Assembly (NCBI GenBank): GCA_020445745.1 | Contig: JAGRGB010000051.1 | Location: 7,833-71,832 of the forward strand | Origin: Rhodocyclaceae bacterium | Lineage (GTDB): Bacteria; Pseudomonadota; Gammaproteobacteria; Burkholderiales; Rhodocyclaceae | Length of the DNA: 64,000 nt | Direction: 5' to 3' | The notes under the pieces: model-generated | Told to the model about the DNA's origin: nothing | Database searches by the model: none | Seen by the model: only the letters and a program-made list of their open reading frames with translations | Position numbers and translations under genes: made by a program | Shown: positions 47,331 to 56,418 of the stretch, in pieces | How the letters are laid out: each line of letters begins with the position of its first letter | How positions within the stretch are numbered: position 1 is the stretch's first letter

Positions 47331-48488
47331 TCAAAGCGCCCGTAGTCTCGCGCAGGCCTCGTCGAGGGTGGCTTCCGACTTGGCGAAGCAGAAGCGGATG
47401 ACCCGCTCGTCCCGCCCGCCCTCGAAGAAGGCCGACACCGGAATCGCCGCGACGCCTACCTCGCGGGTCAACCGGTCGACGAATTCCCGGTCGGGCAGAT
47501 CACCGATCTCCCGATAGCGGGCCAACTGAAAGTAGGTGCCGCGGCTCGGCAGCAATTCGAAACGCGAGCCGGCGAGCGCGGCACGAAAACGGTCGCGCTT
47601 GGCCTGGTAGAAGGCCGACAGGCCGAGGTGGCGGCTCGCGTCACCCATGTAGTCGGCGAGCGCCAGCTGGACCGGCGTATTGACCGTGAACACGTTGAAC
47701 TGATGAACCTTGCGGAACTCCTCCATCAACTGCCGCGGCCCGGCGACGTAGCCGACCTTCCAGCCGGTCACGTGGTAGGTCTTGCCGAAGCTCGAAACCA
47801 CCAGGCTGCGTCGTGCCAGCGCCGGCCGCCGTGCCACCGATTCGTGGCGCACGCCGTCGAACACGATGTGCTCATAGACCTCGTCGGCAAGCACGACGAT
47901 GGCGCTGCCATCGGTCAGCCGCGCCAGGGCATCCATGTCCTCGCCGGACCAGATCGTCGCGGTCGGATTGTGGGGCGTATTGACGATGATCATCCGCGTG
48001 CGCGGGCCGATCAGTCCGGCCACTTCGGCCCAGTCCGGACGGTAGTCGGGTGCCCGCAGCCGCGCCCGGCGCACGACCCCGCCCTGCAGCGCGATCGCCG
48101 GCACGTAGGAGTCATAGACCGGCTCGAACACCACCACCTCGTCGCCCGGCCGCACCAGCGCCGTGATCGCGGTGAACAGCGCCTGGGTCGCACCGGCGGT
48201 GACGGTGATCTCGTGCTCGACGTCGTAACAGGCTGCGTACAGGGCCTCGATCTTCGCTGCGATGGCGCGGCGCAGGGGCGGCACCCCGGCCATCGGCGCA
48301 TATTGGTTGGCGCCCGCGCGCATCCAGTGCGCGACCCGTTCGAACAACTCGTCGTCGGCGTTGAAGTCTGGGTAGCCCTGGGACAGGTTGATCGCGCCGC
48401 ACTCGTGGGCCAGCGCCGACATCACCGTGAAGATGGTGGTGCCGACCGCGGGCAGCCGCGATTCGACGGTGGCGGGAAAGTTCGGCAT
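47331..48488 (-). CDS. PLP-dependent aminotransferase, YbdL/MalY-like (candidate methionine-forming transaminase)
   Basis: 385 aa. The sequence INLSQGYPDF...NQYAPMAGVPPLR is typical of the family, and the PLP lysine is in SSFGKTYHVTGWKVGY. Confidence 0.88.
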   Translation of the reverse strand: MPNFPATVESRLPAVGTTIFTVMSALAHECGAINLSQGYPDFNADDELFERVAHWMRAGANQYAPMAGVPPLRRAIAAKIEALYAACYDVEHEITVTAGATQALFTAITALVRPGDEVVVFEPVYDSYVPAIALQGGVVRRARLRAPDYRPDWAEVAGLIGPRTRMIIVNTPHNPTATIWSGEDMDALARLTDGSAIVVLADEVYEHIVFDGVRHESVARRPALARRSLVVSSFGKTYHVTGWKVGYVAGPRQLMEEFRKVHQFNVFTVNTPVQLALADYMGDASRHLGLSAFYQAKRDRFRAALAGSRFELLPSRGTYFQLARYREIGDLPDREFVDRLTREVGVAAIPVSAFFEGGRDERVIRFCFAKSEATLDEACARLRAL

Positions 48489-48593
48489 CGGCGGCTCCGG
48501 CGCGGTGGCGATTGCGGCATTCTGTCAGACCACGGCCGACGCGGTCATCCCGGCGCGACGAGCTACAATCCAGGAGCTCGATGCGGAGCCGAC

Positions 48594-49652
48594 ATGCCTC
48601 ACAAGACCCTCTACCGTGACCGCGACGGCGCGGTGATCCTCGACCAGACCCAGTTGCCCTACCGCGTCGCCCATCGCCGCCTGGAGCGACTCGAAGATGC
48701 GGCCGATGCGATCCGCCGCATGCAGGTGCGGGGCGCACCGCTGATCGGCGCGACCGCAGCCTGCGGCGTCGCGCTGGCGATGCAGGCGGACGCCGGCGAT
48801 GCCGCGCTCGCGCAGGCGCTGGCCGTGCTCGGCGAGACGCGGCCGACCGCGGTCAACCTGCATTGGGCGCTGGCGCGCATGCGCGCCGCGCTGGCCGCGC
48901 TGCCGGCCGCCGACAGGGTGGGCCGGGCATGGTCCGAATTCGATGCGATCTGCGCCGAGGACATCGCGACCAATGCCGCGATCGGCCGTCACGGCCTCGA
49001 ACTGATCGGGCGCGCGGCAGCGCGGCGCGGCGACCGGCCGGTGCGTGTGATGACCCACTGCAACGCCGGCTGGCTGGCGACCCTCGGCCACGGCACCGCG
49101 CTGGCGCCGATCTACGCCGCCCGCCGTGCCGGCATGCCGCTCGAGGTCTGGGTCAGCGAGACGCGGCCGCGCAACCAGGGCCTGCTGACTTCCTGGGAAT
49201 TGCGCGAGGACGGCGTAGCGCATCGCCTGATCGCCGACAACGCCGCCGGCCTGCTACTCGCCCGCGGCGAGGTGGACCTGGTGATCACGGGGGCCGACCG
49301 GGTCGCAGCCAACGGCGATACCGCGAACAAGGTCGGCACCTACCTGAAGGCGCTGGCCGCCCGTGACAACGGGGTTCCGTTCTACGTCGCAGCGCCCCGC
49401 TCGACGATCGACCTCGCCTGTCCGAGTGGCGCCGACATCCCGATCGAGGAACGCGACGGCGACGAGGTGCGGCATCTGCACGGCATGCGGGGCGGCGTAC
49501 CGGACGCGATCGCCATCGCGTCGCCGGAGGTGGCGGTCGCCAACCCGGCCTTCGACGTGACCCCGGCGCGGCTGATCAGCGCGATCGTCACCGAGACCGG
49601 CATCACTCCGCCCGACCGGCTGGCGGAAGCGGCCGAGGGCAAGGCACGATGA
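48594..49652 (+). CDS. mtnA: S-methyl-5-thioribose-1-phosphate isomerase
   Basis: 352 aa from ATG 48594. Motifs: ILDQTQLPY, MQVRGAPLIGATAA, TRPTAVNL, THCNAG, GADRVAANGDTANKVGTY and NPAFDVTP. Confidence 0.92.
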   Translation: MPHKTLYRDRDGAVILDQTQLPYRVAHRRLERLEDAADAIRRMQVRGAPLIGATAACGVALAMQADAGDAALAQALAVLGETRPTAVNLHWALARMRAALAALPAADRVGRAWSEFDAICAEDIATNAAIGRHGLELIGRAAARRGDRPVRVMTHCNAGWLATLGHGTALAPIYAARRAGMPLEVWVSETRPRNQGLLTSWELREDGVAHRLIADNAAGLLLARGEVDLVITGADRVAANGDTANKVGTYLKALAARDNGVPFYVAAPRSTIDLACPSGADIPIEERDGDEVRHLHGMRGGVPDAIAIASPEVAVANPAFDVTPARLISAIVTETGITPPDRLAEAAEGKAR

Positions 49653-49731
49653 CAGCCCTCGCCAGGCCGGCCGCAGGGGACGCTCGTCGCGCCCGGCGAA
49701 AGGTGTCGCCAGGCGACGGAGGGCTCGCCCC

Positions 49732-50376
49732 GTGAGCGGCAGCGGACGCGCCGAGCGGCTGCTCGAGACCGCGCGCGAAATGAACCTGCAGGGGCTCAAC
49801 CGCGGCACCGCCGGCAATGCCAGCGTGCGCCTCGCAGACGGCGCGATGCTGATCACCCCCAGCGGGCTGCGCTTCGATCGCTGCGAACCCGGCGACATGG
49901 TGGTGATCGATGCCGACGGGCACGCCGAGGGCGCTCGCAAGGCCTCGAGCGAATGGCGTATCCATTTCGACATCTACCGGGCGCGGCCGGATGCCGGTGC
50001 GATCCTCCATGCCCATCCCCCCTACGCCACCGCGCTGGCCTGTCACCGCCGGCCGATTCCGCCGTTTCATTACATGATCGCGCGCTTCGGCGGCGCGGAC
50101 GTGCGCTGCGCCGCCTATCACACCTTCGGCACCCAGGCCCTTTCGGATGCGACCCTCGACGCGCTGCGCGATCGCAGCGCCTGCCTGCTGGCCAACCATG
50201 GCATGGTGGTCGTCGGGCGCGATCTCGACCATGGCCTGGCACTGGCGATCGAGTTGGAGGCCCTGTGCCAGCACTACCTGTTGAGCCGTCAGATCGGCCG
50301 GCCGGTGCTGCTCGACGGCACCGAAATGAACGAAGTGGTCGCGCGATTCGGCAGCTACGGCCAGGCGCGGGACTGA
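49732..50376 (+). CDS. class II aldolase/adducin-family protein (MtnB dehydratase or MTRu-1-P aldolase-like)
   Basis: 214 aa with a GTG start. Motifs: NRGTAGNASVRL, LITPSG, EWRIHFDIYRARPDAGAILHAHPPYATAL and LLANHGMVVVG (class II aldolase metal and His motifs). Confidence 0.85.
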   Translation: MSGSGRAERLLETAREMNLQGLNRGTAGNASVRLADGAMLITPSGLRFDRCEPGDMVVIDADGHAEGARKASSEWRIHFDIYRARPDAGAILHAHPPYATALACHRRPIPPFHYMIARFGGADVRCAAYHTFGTQALSDATLDALRDRSACLLANHGMVVVGRDLDHGLALAIELEALCQHYLLSRQIGRPVLLDGTEMNEVVARFGSYGQARD

Positions 50377-50401
50377 GGCCGGGGCTCGCTGCGCGGTCCG
50401 T

Positions 50402-50878
50402 TCAGAAGCTGCCTCGCTCGACCGGGGCGGCGGGACCGTCGAGGCCGACCCGACCCTCGCTGGCAAACGGCAGGGAACCGAAGCCGCCCAGCGCGACATG
50501 GCCCTCGACCCGATAGCCGAGGCCGCGGGCACCGCCCGGAGAGGCGAGTTGGTCGAGCATGCGGGGCAGCGTGGTGGTGGTCGGCACGGTCACGACACGC
50601 TCGCCGAGGGCAGCGACGACGAAGGCCTGGTCGGACACGCCGCGCGCGAAGCGCCGGCCATTCAGTTCGACCGTGAAGCTCACGCCTTCGACATCGAGTT
50701 CGCGTCGGTTCGGGTTGATGACTCTGAGGTCGAGTTCGAAGCGTTGTTCGAACAGGGTGCCGCCGGCATAGCGGACATCCACCAGGTTGACATCGGGCGC
50801 TTCGAGCCCGATCGGCACCGTGCCGCACGCCGCCAGCATCGCTGCCAGGCCTGCCAGGCACGCCGCCGGCCGCCCCAT
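50402..50878 (-). CDS. LEA type 2 (WHy-domain) lipoprotein
   Basis: 158 aa with a lipobox (AAMLAAC). The sequence VNLVDVRYAGGTLFEQRFELDLRVINPNRRELDVEGVSFTVELNGRRFARG is the LEA_2 pattern. The ATG directly abuts the upstream TAG stop. Confidence 0.7.
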   Translation of the reverse strand: MGRPAACLAGLAAMLAACGTVPIGLEAPDVNLVDVRYAGGTLFEQRFELDLRVINPNRRELDVEGVSFTVELNGRRFARGVSDQAFVVAALGERVVTVPTTTTLPRMLDQLASPGGARGLGYRVEGHVALGGFGSLPFASEGRVGLDGPAAPVERGSF

Positions 50879-51751
50879 CTACCTGCCCCGCCCCTGTTCG
50901 AGCACCCGCAACAGGCTGGAGGTGTCTTCCTGGCCGAATCCGCTCGCCATCAGCGCGTTGAGCTGTTGCCAGACCTGGGCGGCTATCGGCAGCGGCACAC
51001 CGGTACCCATCGCCTCGTTCATCAGGATGCCGAAGTCCTTGTGGTGCAGGCGCGCCTCGACACCCGCTCCGAAATCCCGCGACACCATCCGCTGGCCCCA
51101 GCCATCGAGCGCCTTCGACCACGCCGAGCCGCCGAGCAAGGCCTCGCGCACGCGGCCCACGTCCACGCCGCTGGCGGCGGCCAGATGCAGCGCCTCGGCG
51201 CAGGCCTGCAGCGCGGAGACGAACACCATCTGGTTGCAGGCCTTGGCGACCTGTCCGGCACCGCTCGGCCCGATGCGGCGAATCCTGCCCCCCATCGCCT
51301 CGAGCAAGGGTCGCACCTTGTCGATCGCGTGCTCGTCGCCGCCGATCATGATCGCCAGACTGCCCGCCTCGGCGCCGACCGTGCCGCCGGAGACCGGGGC
51401 ATCCAGGAACTCCACCCCGCGGCTGGTGTACTCGGCCGCCAGTTCGCGAGCCTCGCCCGGCGCGATCGTGCTCATGTCCACGTGCACGGCCCCTTCCGCG
51501 AGGCCGGCCAGCACGCCGTCCGCGCCGAGCGACACGGCCTTGACGTCGTCGCCGGTGGTCACCATCGTGACCACCGCCTCGCAACCGGCGGCCATCTCGC
51601 GCGGACTGTCGCAATGCTCGGCACCGGCAGCCACCAGGGTGGCGGCCGATTCGCGATTGCGGCTCCACAGCCGCAGATCGTGCCCGGCGGCGATCAGGTT
51701 GCGTGCCATCGGCCGCCCCATCGCGCCGAGGCCGATGAATCCGACCTTCAT
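50879..51751 (-). CDS. NAD(P)-dependent oxidoreductase, 3-hydroxyisobutyrate / tartronate-semialdehyde reductase family (paralogue 2)
   Basis: 290 aa. Motifs: MKVGFIGLGAMGRPMARNL (Rossmann), DAPVSGG and GAGQVAKACNQ (catalytic Lys). The start forms an ATGA overlap with paralogue 1. Confidence 0.9.
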   Translation of the reverse strand: MKVGFIGLGAMGRPMARNLIAAGHDLRLWSRNRESAATLVAAGAEHCDSPREMAAGCEAVVTMVTTGDDVKAVSLGADGVLAGLAEGAVHVDMSTIAPGEARELAAEYTSRGVEFLDAPVSGGTVGAEAGSLAIMIGGDEHAIDKVRPLLEAMGGRIRRIGPSGAGQVAKACNQMVFVSALQACAEALHLAAASGVDVGRVREALLGGSAWSKALDGWGQRMVSRDFGAGVEARLHHKDFGILMNEAMGTGVPLPIAAQVWQQLNALMASGFGQEDTSSLLRVLEQGRGR

Positions 51752-52638
51752 TTGATCACCTCCGGATTGCCGCCGAGACGTTCGAGCAGCTTCAGCACCG
51801 CCACCGAATCCTCTTCGCCCAGGCCACTTCCGAGCATGCCGGCGAACAGCTGGGCCGCCGCCGCCGCGGTCGGCAGCGCGACGCCCGCACGATGGGCCTC
51901 GTCGAGGACGATGCGCATGTCCTTGAGGTGCATCCACGACTTGAAGCCCGGCTGGAAATTGCGATCGAGCATGCGCGCGCCGTGGTTCTCGAGGATCCGG
52001 CTGTTGGCCAGGCCGGCGGTCAGCACCTCGCGCACCGCCGCCGCGTCGACGCCACTGTGGCGCGCGAAGTTCAGGGCCTCGGCGACCGAGACCACGCCGA
52101 CGCCGGTGATCACCTGGTTGCAGGCCTTCGTCACCTGGCCCGCACCGTTGGCCTCGCCGATGTGGGTGATCGATCCCCCGATCGCCTGGAACAACGGCAG
52201 CACGGTATCGAACGCCGACTTCGGACCACCGACCATGATCGTCAGCGTACCGGCGATCGCCCCGGCCTCGCCGCCGGACACCGGCGCGTCGAGCATCCGG
52301 ATGCCCTGCTCGCCGAGCCGCCTCGCAATTCCCTTGGCCGCGCTCGGCGCGATCGTGCTCATGTCTACCACGATCGCACCTTCCCGGGCTCCCTCCGCGA
52401 TGCCGGCCGGGCCGAGGGCGACCTCCTCGACGTCCGGCGCATCGGCGACCATCGTGATCACGATCGGCGCCTCGCGCGCCACGGCGCAGGCGTCGCCACA
52501 GGGCCGCGCACCGGCATCCGCGAGCGGCTGCGCCGATTCCGCGCGCCGGCTCCACACGTACACTTCGTGCCCGGCCTTCAGCAGATTCAGGGCCATCGGC
52601 CGCCCCATCAGGCCCAGCCCCACGAAACCGACCTTCAT
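51748..52638 (-). CDS. NAD(P)-dependent oxidoreductase, 3-hydroxyisobutyrate / tartronate-semialdehyde reductase family (paralogue 1)
   Basis: 296 aa. Motifs: MKVGFVGLGLMGRPMALNL, DAPVSGG and GAGQVTKACNQ. Confidence 0.9.
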   Translation of the reverse strand: MKVGFVGLGLMGRPMALNLLKAGHEVYVWSRRAESAQPLADAGARPCGDACAVAREAPIVITMVADAPDVEEVALGPAGIAEGAREGAIVVDMSTIAPSAAKGIARRLGEQGIRMLDAPVSGGEAGAIAGTLTIMVGGPKSAFDTVLPLFQAIGGSITHIGEANGAGQVTKACNQVITGVGVVSVAEALNFARHSGVDAAAVREVLTAGLANSRILENHGARMLDRNFQPGFKSWMHLKDMRIVLDEAHRAGVALPTAAAAAQLFAGMLGSGLGEEDSVAVLKLLERLGGNPEVIK

Positions 52639-52774
52639 CCGCGCGTTTTCCGTCGATAGACCATACGTGGATTGTAGCGGCTCGCTCCGATAAAGTAGCC
52701 GCGAGCGACACCCCGGCCAAGCCGCGATACCCTCTTGCGTTTCCCGTGCCGGGCCGCGACCAGGAAACCGAACC

Positions 52775-53695
52775 ATGCCGTTTGCATCTTTCATCAAGGA
52801 AATCGGACGCGGCGCCAAGGGCGCGCGCTCCCTCGACCGCAACCGCGCCGGCGAACTCTTCGCGGCGATGCTCGCCGGCGAGGTGGGCGAACTCGAACTC
52901 GGCGCGGCCCTGATCGCCCTGCGCATCAAGAGCGAGTCGCTCGACGAATTGCTCGGCTTCGCCGACGCGATGGCAGCCCGGGTCGCGACGATAGCCGTTC
53001 CCGACGGGCCACGCTGCGTCGTGCTGCCCACCTACAACGGCGCGCGCCGCCAACCCAACCTGATGCCGTTGCTCGCCCTGCTGCTGCAGCGGGTCGGCGT
53101 GCCGGTCCTGATCCAGGGGCGCCACGACTTCGATGCCCGAATCGATCCGTTCACGCTGCTCGACGCCCTCGGCATCCGGCGCGCCGACGACGCCGGCGAG
53201 GCGTCGCGCCGGCTTGCCGACGCCGGCGTCGCAGCGATCGGCGTGGAGGCCCTATTGCCGGGCCTCGCCGACCTGCTGGCGACCCGCCCGCGGCTCGGCG
53301 TGCGCAGCGCCGGCCACACCATGGCCAAGCTCCTCGACCCGTGCCCCGGCCGAACCGTCCGTGTGGTCGCCGTCACCCATCCCGAATACCTGACGCGAAT
53401 GGAAGAGTTCCTCCGCGCCGACGGCGGGCATGCGCAATTGCTCAGGGGGACCGAGGGCGAAGCCTACGCCAATCCCCGGCGCCTGCCGCGCCTGCTCGGT
53501 TTTGCCGATGGCCGGCAATTCGTCCAGGCCGAAGGCGAGGCCGGCGGCGCGCCCCCGCTTGCGGAACTGCCCGAGCATATCGATGCCGAACGCAACGCGG
53601 ACACCATCCGGCGGATGCTCGCGGGCGAGCTGCCGGTGCCCGAGCCGATCTCGGTCCAGGCCGCCGCGCTGGCCGCTCTGGCACGCGAGTCGTGA
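52775..53695 (+). CDS. ybiB: YbiB/TrpD2-family protein (anthranilate phosphoribosyltransferase-like, nucleic-acid binding)
   Basis: 306 aa. FIKEIGRGAKGARSLDRNRAGELFAAMLAGEVGELELGAALIALRIKSES closely parallels the YbiB N-terminus as I recall it. Confidence 0.8.
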   Translation: MPFASFIKEIGRGAKGARSLDRNRAGELFAAMLAGEVGELELGAALIALRIKSESLDELLGFADAMAARVATIAVPDGPRCVVLPTYNGARRQPNLMPLLALLLQRVGVPVLIQGRHDFDARIDPFTLLDALGIRRADDAGEASRRLADAGVAAIGVEALLPGLADLLATRPRLGVRSAGHTMAKLLDPCPGRTVRVVAVTHPEYLTRMEEFLRADGGHAQLLRGTEGEAYANPRRLPRLLGFADGRQFVQAEGEAGGAPPLAELPEHIDAERNADTIRRMLAGELPVPEPISVQAAALAALARES

Positions 53696-53775
53696 CGCAC
53701 GGTCCGGCGGCGGGCGGGGTCGCGGATGGCCCGCCGCTACAATCCACCCCCGTCCGCATCCAGCCGAGTGCCCAC

Positions 53776-54285
53776 GTGCCAGCCATCCTTCGCATCCTCG
53801 AACACCGACGCCAGCCGTTCCTGCTGCTGTTCGCCACCTGCGCGTCCCTGCTCGCCTTCGGGCTCTATCTCCAGTACGCGAAGGGCCAGGAGCCCTGCCC
53901 GATGTGCATCATGCAACGCTACGCGTTCGTCGGCGTGGCGATCATCGCCCTGCTTGCCGGCATCCACGGTCCCGGCGCCGCCGGACGCCGCGTCTACGGG
54001 CTGCTGCTGGCGCTGGCGGCGCTCGGCGGGGGCGGTGTCGCCGCGCGCCAGAGCTGGATCCAGATCTACCCACCGGAGGTCTCGGAGTGCGGGCCGGGTC
54101 TCGAGTACATGCTCGACAGCTTTCCGCTGGCCGACGCGTTGCCGATGATCTTTCACGGTGCCGGCGACTGCACCGAGCGCGCCTGGACCCTGCTCGGACT
54201 GTCGATCGCCAACTGGTCGCTGCTCAGCTTCGCGGCGGTCGCGGTGTTTGCCGCATGGCTGATGTTCGCCCGCAGGCCGCGCTGA
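53776..54285 (+). CDS. dsbB: disulfide bond formation protein B
   Basis: 169 aa from GTG 53776. It has four TM helices. The first Cys pair is CPMC (EPCPMCIMQRY). The second-loop cysteines are VSECGPG...AGDC. Confidence 0.88.
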   Translation: MPAILRILEHRRQPFLLLFATCASLLAFGLYLQYAKGQEPCPMCIMQRYAFVGVAIIALLAGIHGPGAAGRRVYGLLLALAALGGGGVAARQSWIQIYPPEVSECGPGLEYMLDSFPLADALPMIFHGAGDCTERAWTLLGLSIANWSLLSFAAVAVFAAWLMFARRPR

Positions 54286-54297
54286 GCGCCGGCCACG

Positions 54298-54612
54298 TCA
54301 GGTGATCACCTCGACGATCTCGACGCCCATTTCGTATTCGCCGCCCGGCGTCGGGTGACAGCGACGCACGCACACGCGTACGTGCAGAGGCGCGATCGCC
54401 TTGGCACCACCGGGCGAGGCCACCTCGACACGCAGCCGTTCGCCATCGCGCGGCACGTAGGCGCTGATCAGGGTCATGCCGCCGACCGCAAGATCGGTGC
54501 ATCGGGCCGTCACCGGCCGCAGTTGCCCGGGCACATGGACCGCGGCTTCGATGCCCCCGACCGGAATCCTGCGGCCGCTTCTGCGCTCGCTTTCGGCCTT
54601 GCGTCGATCCAT
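54298..54612 (-). CDS. PilZ-domain protein
   Basis: 104 aa from ATG 54612, with a perfect GGAGG 4-5 nt upstream. The RxxxR motif is in ERRSGRRIPV, and DLAVGGM corresponds to D-x-S-x-x-G with Ser replaced by Ala. Confidence 0.7.
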   Translation of the reverse strand: MDRRKAESERRSGRRIPVGGIEAAVHVPGQLRPVTARCTDLAVGGMTLISAYVPRDGERLRVEVASPGGAKAIAPLHVRVCVRRCHPTPGGEYEMGVEIVEVIT

Positions 54613-54765
54613 CTTTCCTCCTGATACGCTCTGTTTCACGGTCGCTGCCCGGACACCGCCGGCCAGCCACCGACGACCAAGGAATGCACTGACCGGCGAT
54701 CGGCCCCGGCCACCACGCCGGGCGCCGGCGCCCAGCGCACCGATTTCGGCGCGTGCGCGCCGCGG

Positions 54766-56367
54766 CTAGGCTTCGAGGGCGGGTTCGCTGGCTTTCGACC
54801 CGGGTACGCACGTCAGCAACAGCATCGACACGTCGTCGTGATGGGCCTCGCCCTCGAGATGCGTCTCGAGGGCTTGCCGAACGGCTTCCACCCTTCTTTC
54901 CGGCGCCGACACCGCCAGCGTCTGTTCCAGGCATTCCTGGCCGAACTCCTCGCCATCGGAGCGGTGGGCCTCGATCAGACCATCCGAATAGGCGAGGATC
55001 TGCTGGCCCGGTTCGACCGCGAAGCGTTCGGTGCGCCCGGTGTCCTCGTCGTTGTCGGTGATCCCCAGCGGCACGTGATCCGAGGCGAAGCGCCGCGCGA
55101 TGCCGCCACCGCGGTCCAGCAGCAGCACTTCCGGGACACCCCCCACCCACAGCTCCACCTCGCGGGCATCGGCCGACAGGCAGAATATCGCCGCGCCGAC
55201 GAAGCGGCCGACCGGCAGCCCGCCGCGCAGTTGCGCGTTGATCGCGGATACCAGGTAGGAGAGGCTGACCTCGCGGGCGACTTCGGTATAGAACAGCGAC
55301 AGCACCGGCAACACGCTGATCGCCGCCGCGAGGCCGTGGCCGGTGGCATCGGCCAGCATCGCGAACGTCCTCCCGCCCGGCGAGCGCGCCAGCATGATCA
55401 GGTCGCCCGAGAAGCGCGTCGTTGCCGACACCGAATACTGCACCCGGGGATCCTTCAGCCAGTCGCCATGGATCTGGCGTTCCATGATGGTACGCGCCAG
55501 TTCCTGCTCGCGCTCCTGCTCGGCGTACAGCCGCTCGAGACGGGCGCGGGTCTCGGCCCGTTCACGCGCCTGCCGCTCCCGCTCGGTGACATCGCGCACG
55601 ACGCCGACGAACAGGTGGCGGTCGGGCAGGTCGATATCGGTGATGCCGAGTTCGAGGGGAAACAGCGCGCCGTTCTTGCGCCGGCCGGTCACCTGCCGGA
55701 TCTTTCCGACCCCGCCCCCGGAGCCGGTCTCGAGGTAGCGCCGGATATAACCGTCATGGGCCGAATGGTGTGGTTCCGGCATCAGCATGGAGACGTTCTT
55801 ACCGATCAGTTCCGCCGGACCATAACCGAACTGGGCGCAGGCGGCGCGGTTGCACGAGTGCATGATGCCGTGCTCGTTGATCGTTATCAGACCGTCGATC
55901 ACCGCATCCGAGATCGCGCGGATCTGCTCCAGCGACTCGACCACCGCGCGCTGCATCATCAACTGGCGCGACACCGAGCGCATCTTGGCCGCAAAGACCG
56001 CAAAGGAGATCGGCTTGACCAGGTAGTCGTCCGCCCCGGCGTCCAGGCCGGCCGCGATGTCGGAATCGTCGGCCAGCGCCGACAGCATCACCACCGGCAC
56101 CCAGTTGCCCTCCTGCAGCCGGCGGATGCTGCGCGTCGCCTCGAAGCCGTCCATGACCGGCATCATCACGTCCATCAGCACCAGATCCGGCCTGTCCGAC
56201 TGGAAGCGGGCCACCGCCTCCTTGCCGTCCGCGGCCATGATCGCCGTGAACCCCAGCTTTCGCAGGAACACGTCGAGCATGCTGCGGTTCGACGCCGTGT
56301 CGTCCGCGACCAGCACCTGCAGGTTCGTGGCCTGCGGCAGCTTGCCTTTGTCGAGGGTCATTTCCAT
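54766..56367 (-). CDS. response regulator receiver - PAS - PP2C/SpoIIE serine phosphatase
   Basis: 533 aa. REC: VLVADD...LVLMDVMMPVMDG...YLVKP. PAS: AVIDGLITINEHGIMHSCNRAACAQFGY. PP2C: FSGDLIMLARSPGG...LADATGHGLAAA...AYSDGLIE...HHDDVSMLLL. Confidence 0.9.
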   Translation of the reverse strand: MEMTLDKGKLPQATNLQVLVADDTASNRSMLDVFLRKLGFTAIMAADGKEAVARFQSDRPDLVLMDVMMPVMDGFEATRSIRRLQEGNWVPVVMLSALADDSDIAAGLDAGADDYLVKPISFAVFAAKMRSVSRQLMMQRAVVESLEQIRAISDAVIDGLITINEHGIMHSCNRAACAQFGYGPAELIGKNVSMLMPEPHHSAHDGYIRRYLETGSGGGVGKIRQVTGRRKNGALFPLELGITDIDLPDRHLFVGVVRDVTERERQARERAETRARLERLYAEQEREQELARTIMERQIHGDWLKDPRVQYSVSATTRFSGDLIMLARSPGGRTFAMLADATGHGLAAAISVLPVLSLFYTEVAREVSLSYLVSAINAQLRGGLPVGRFVGAAIFCLSADAREVELWVGGVPEVLLLDRGGGIARRFASDHVPLGITDNDEDTGRTERFAVEPGQQILAYSDGLIEAHRSDGEEFGQECLEQTLAVSAPERRVEAVRQALETHLEGEAHHDDVSMLLLTCVPGSKASEPALEA

Positions 56368-56418
56368 CGATCGATCACACCCATCCAGGGAGGTTGCGAG
56401 GCACCGGCGGGAACACGG

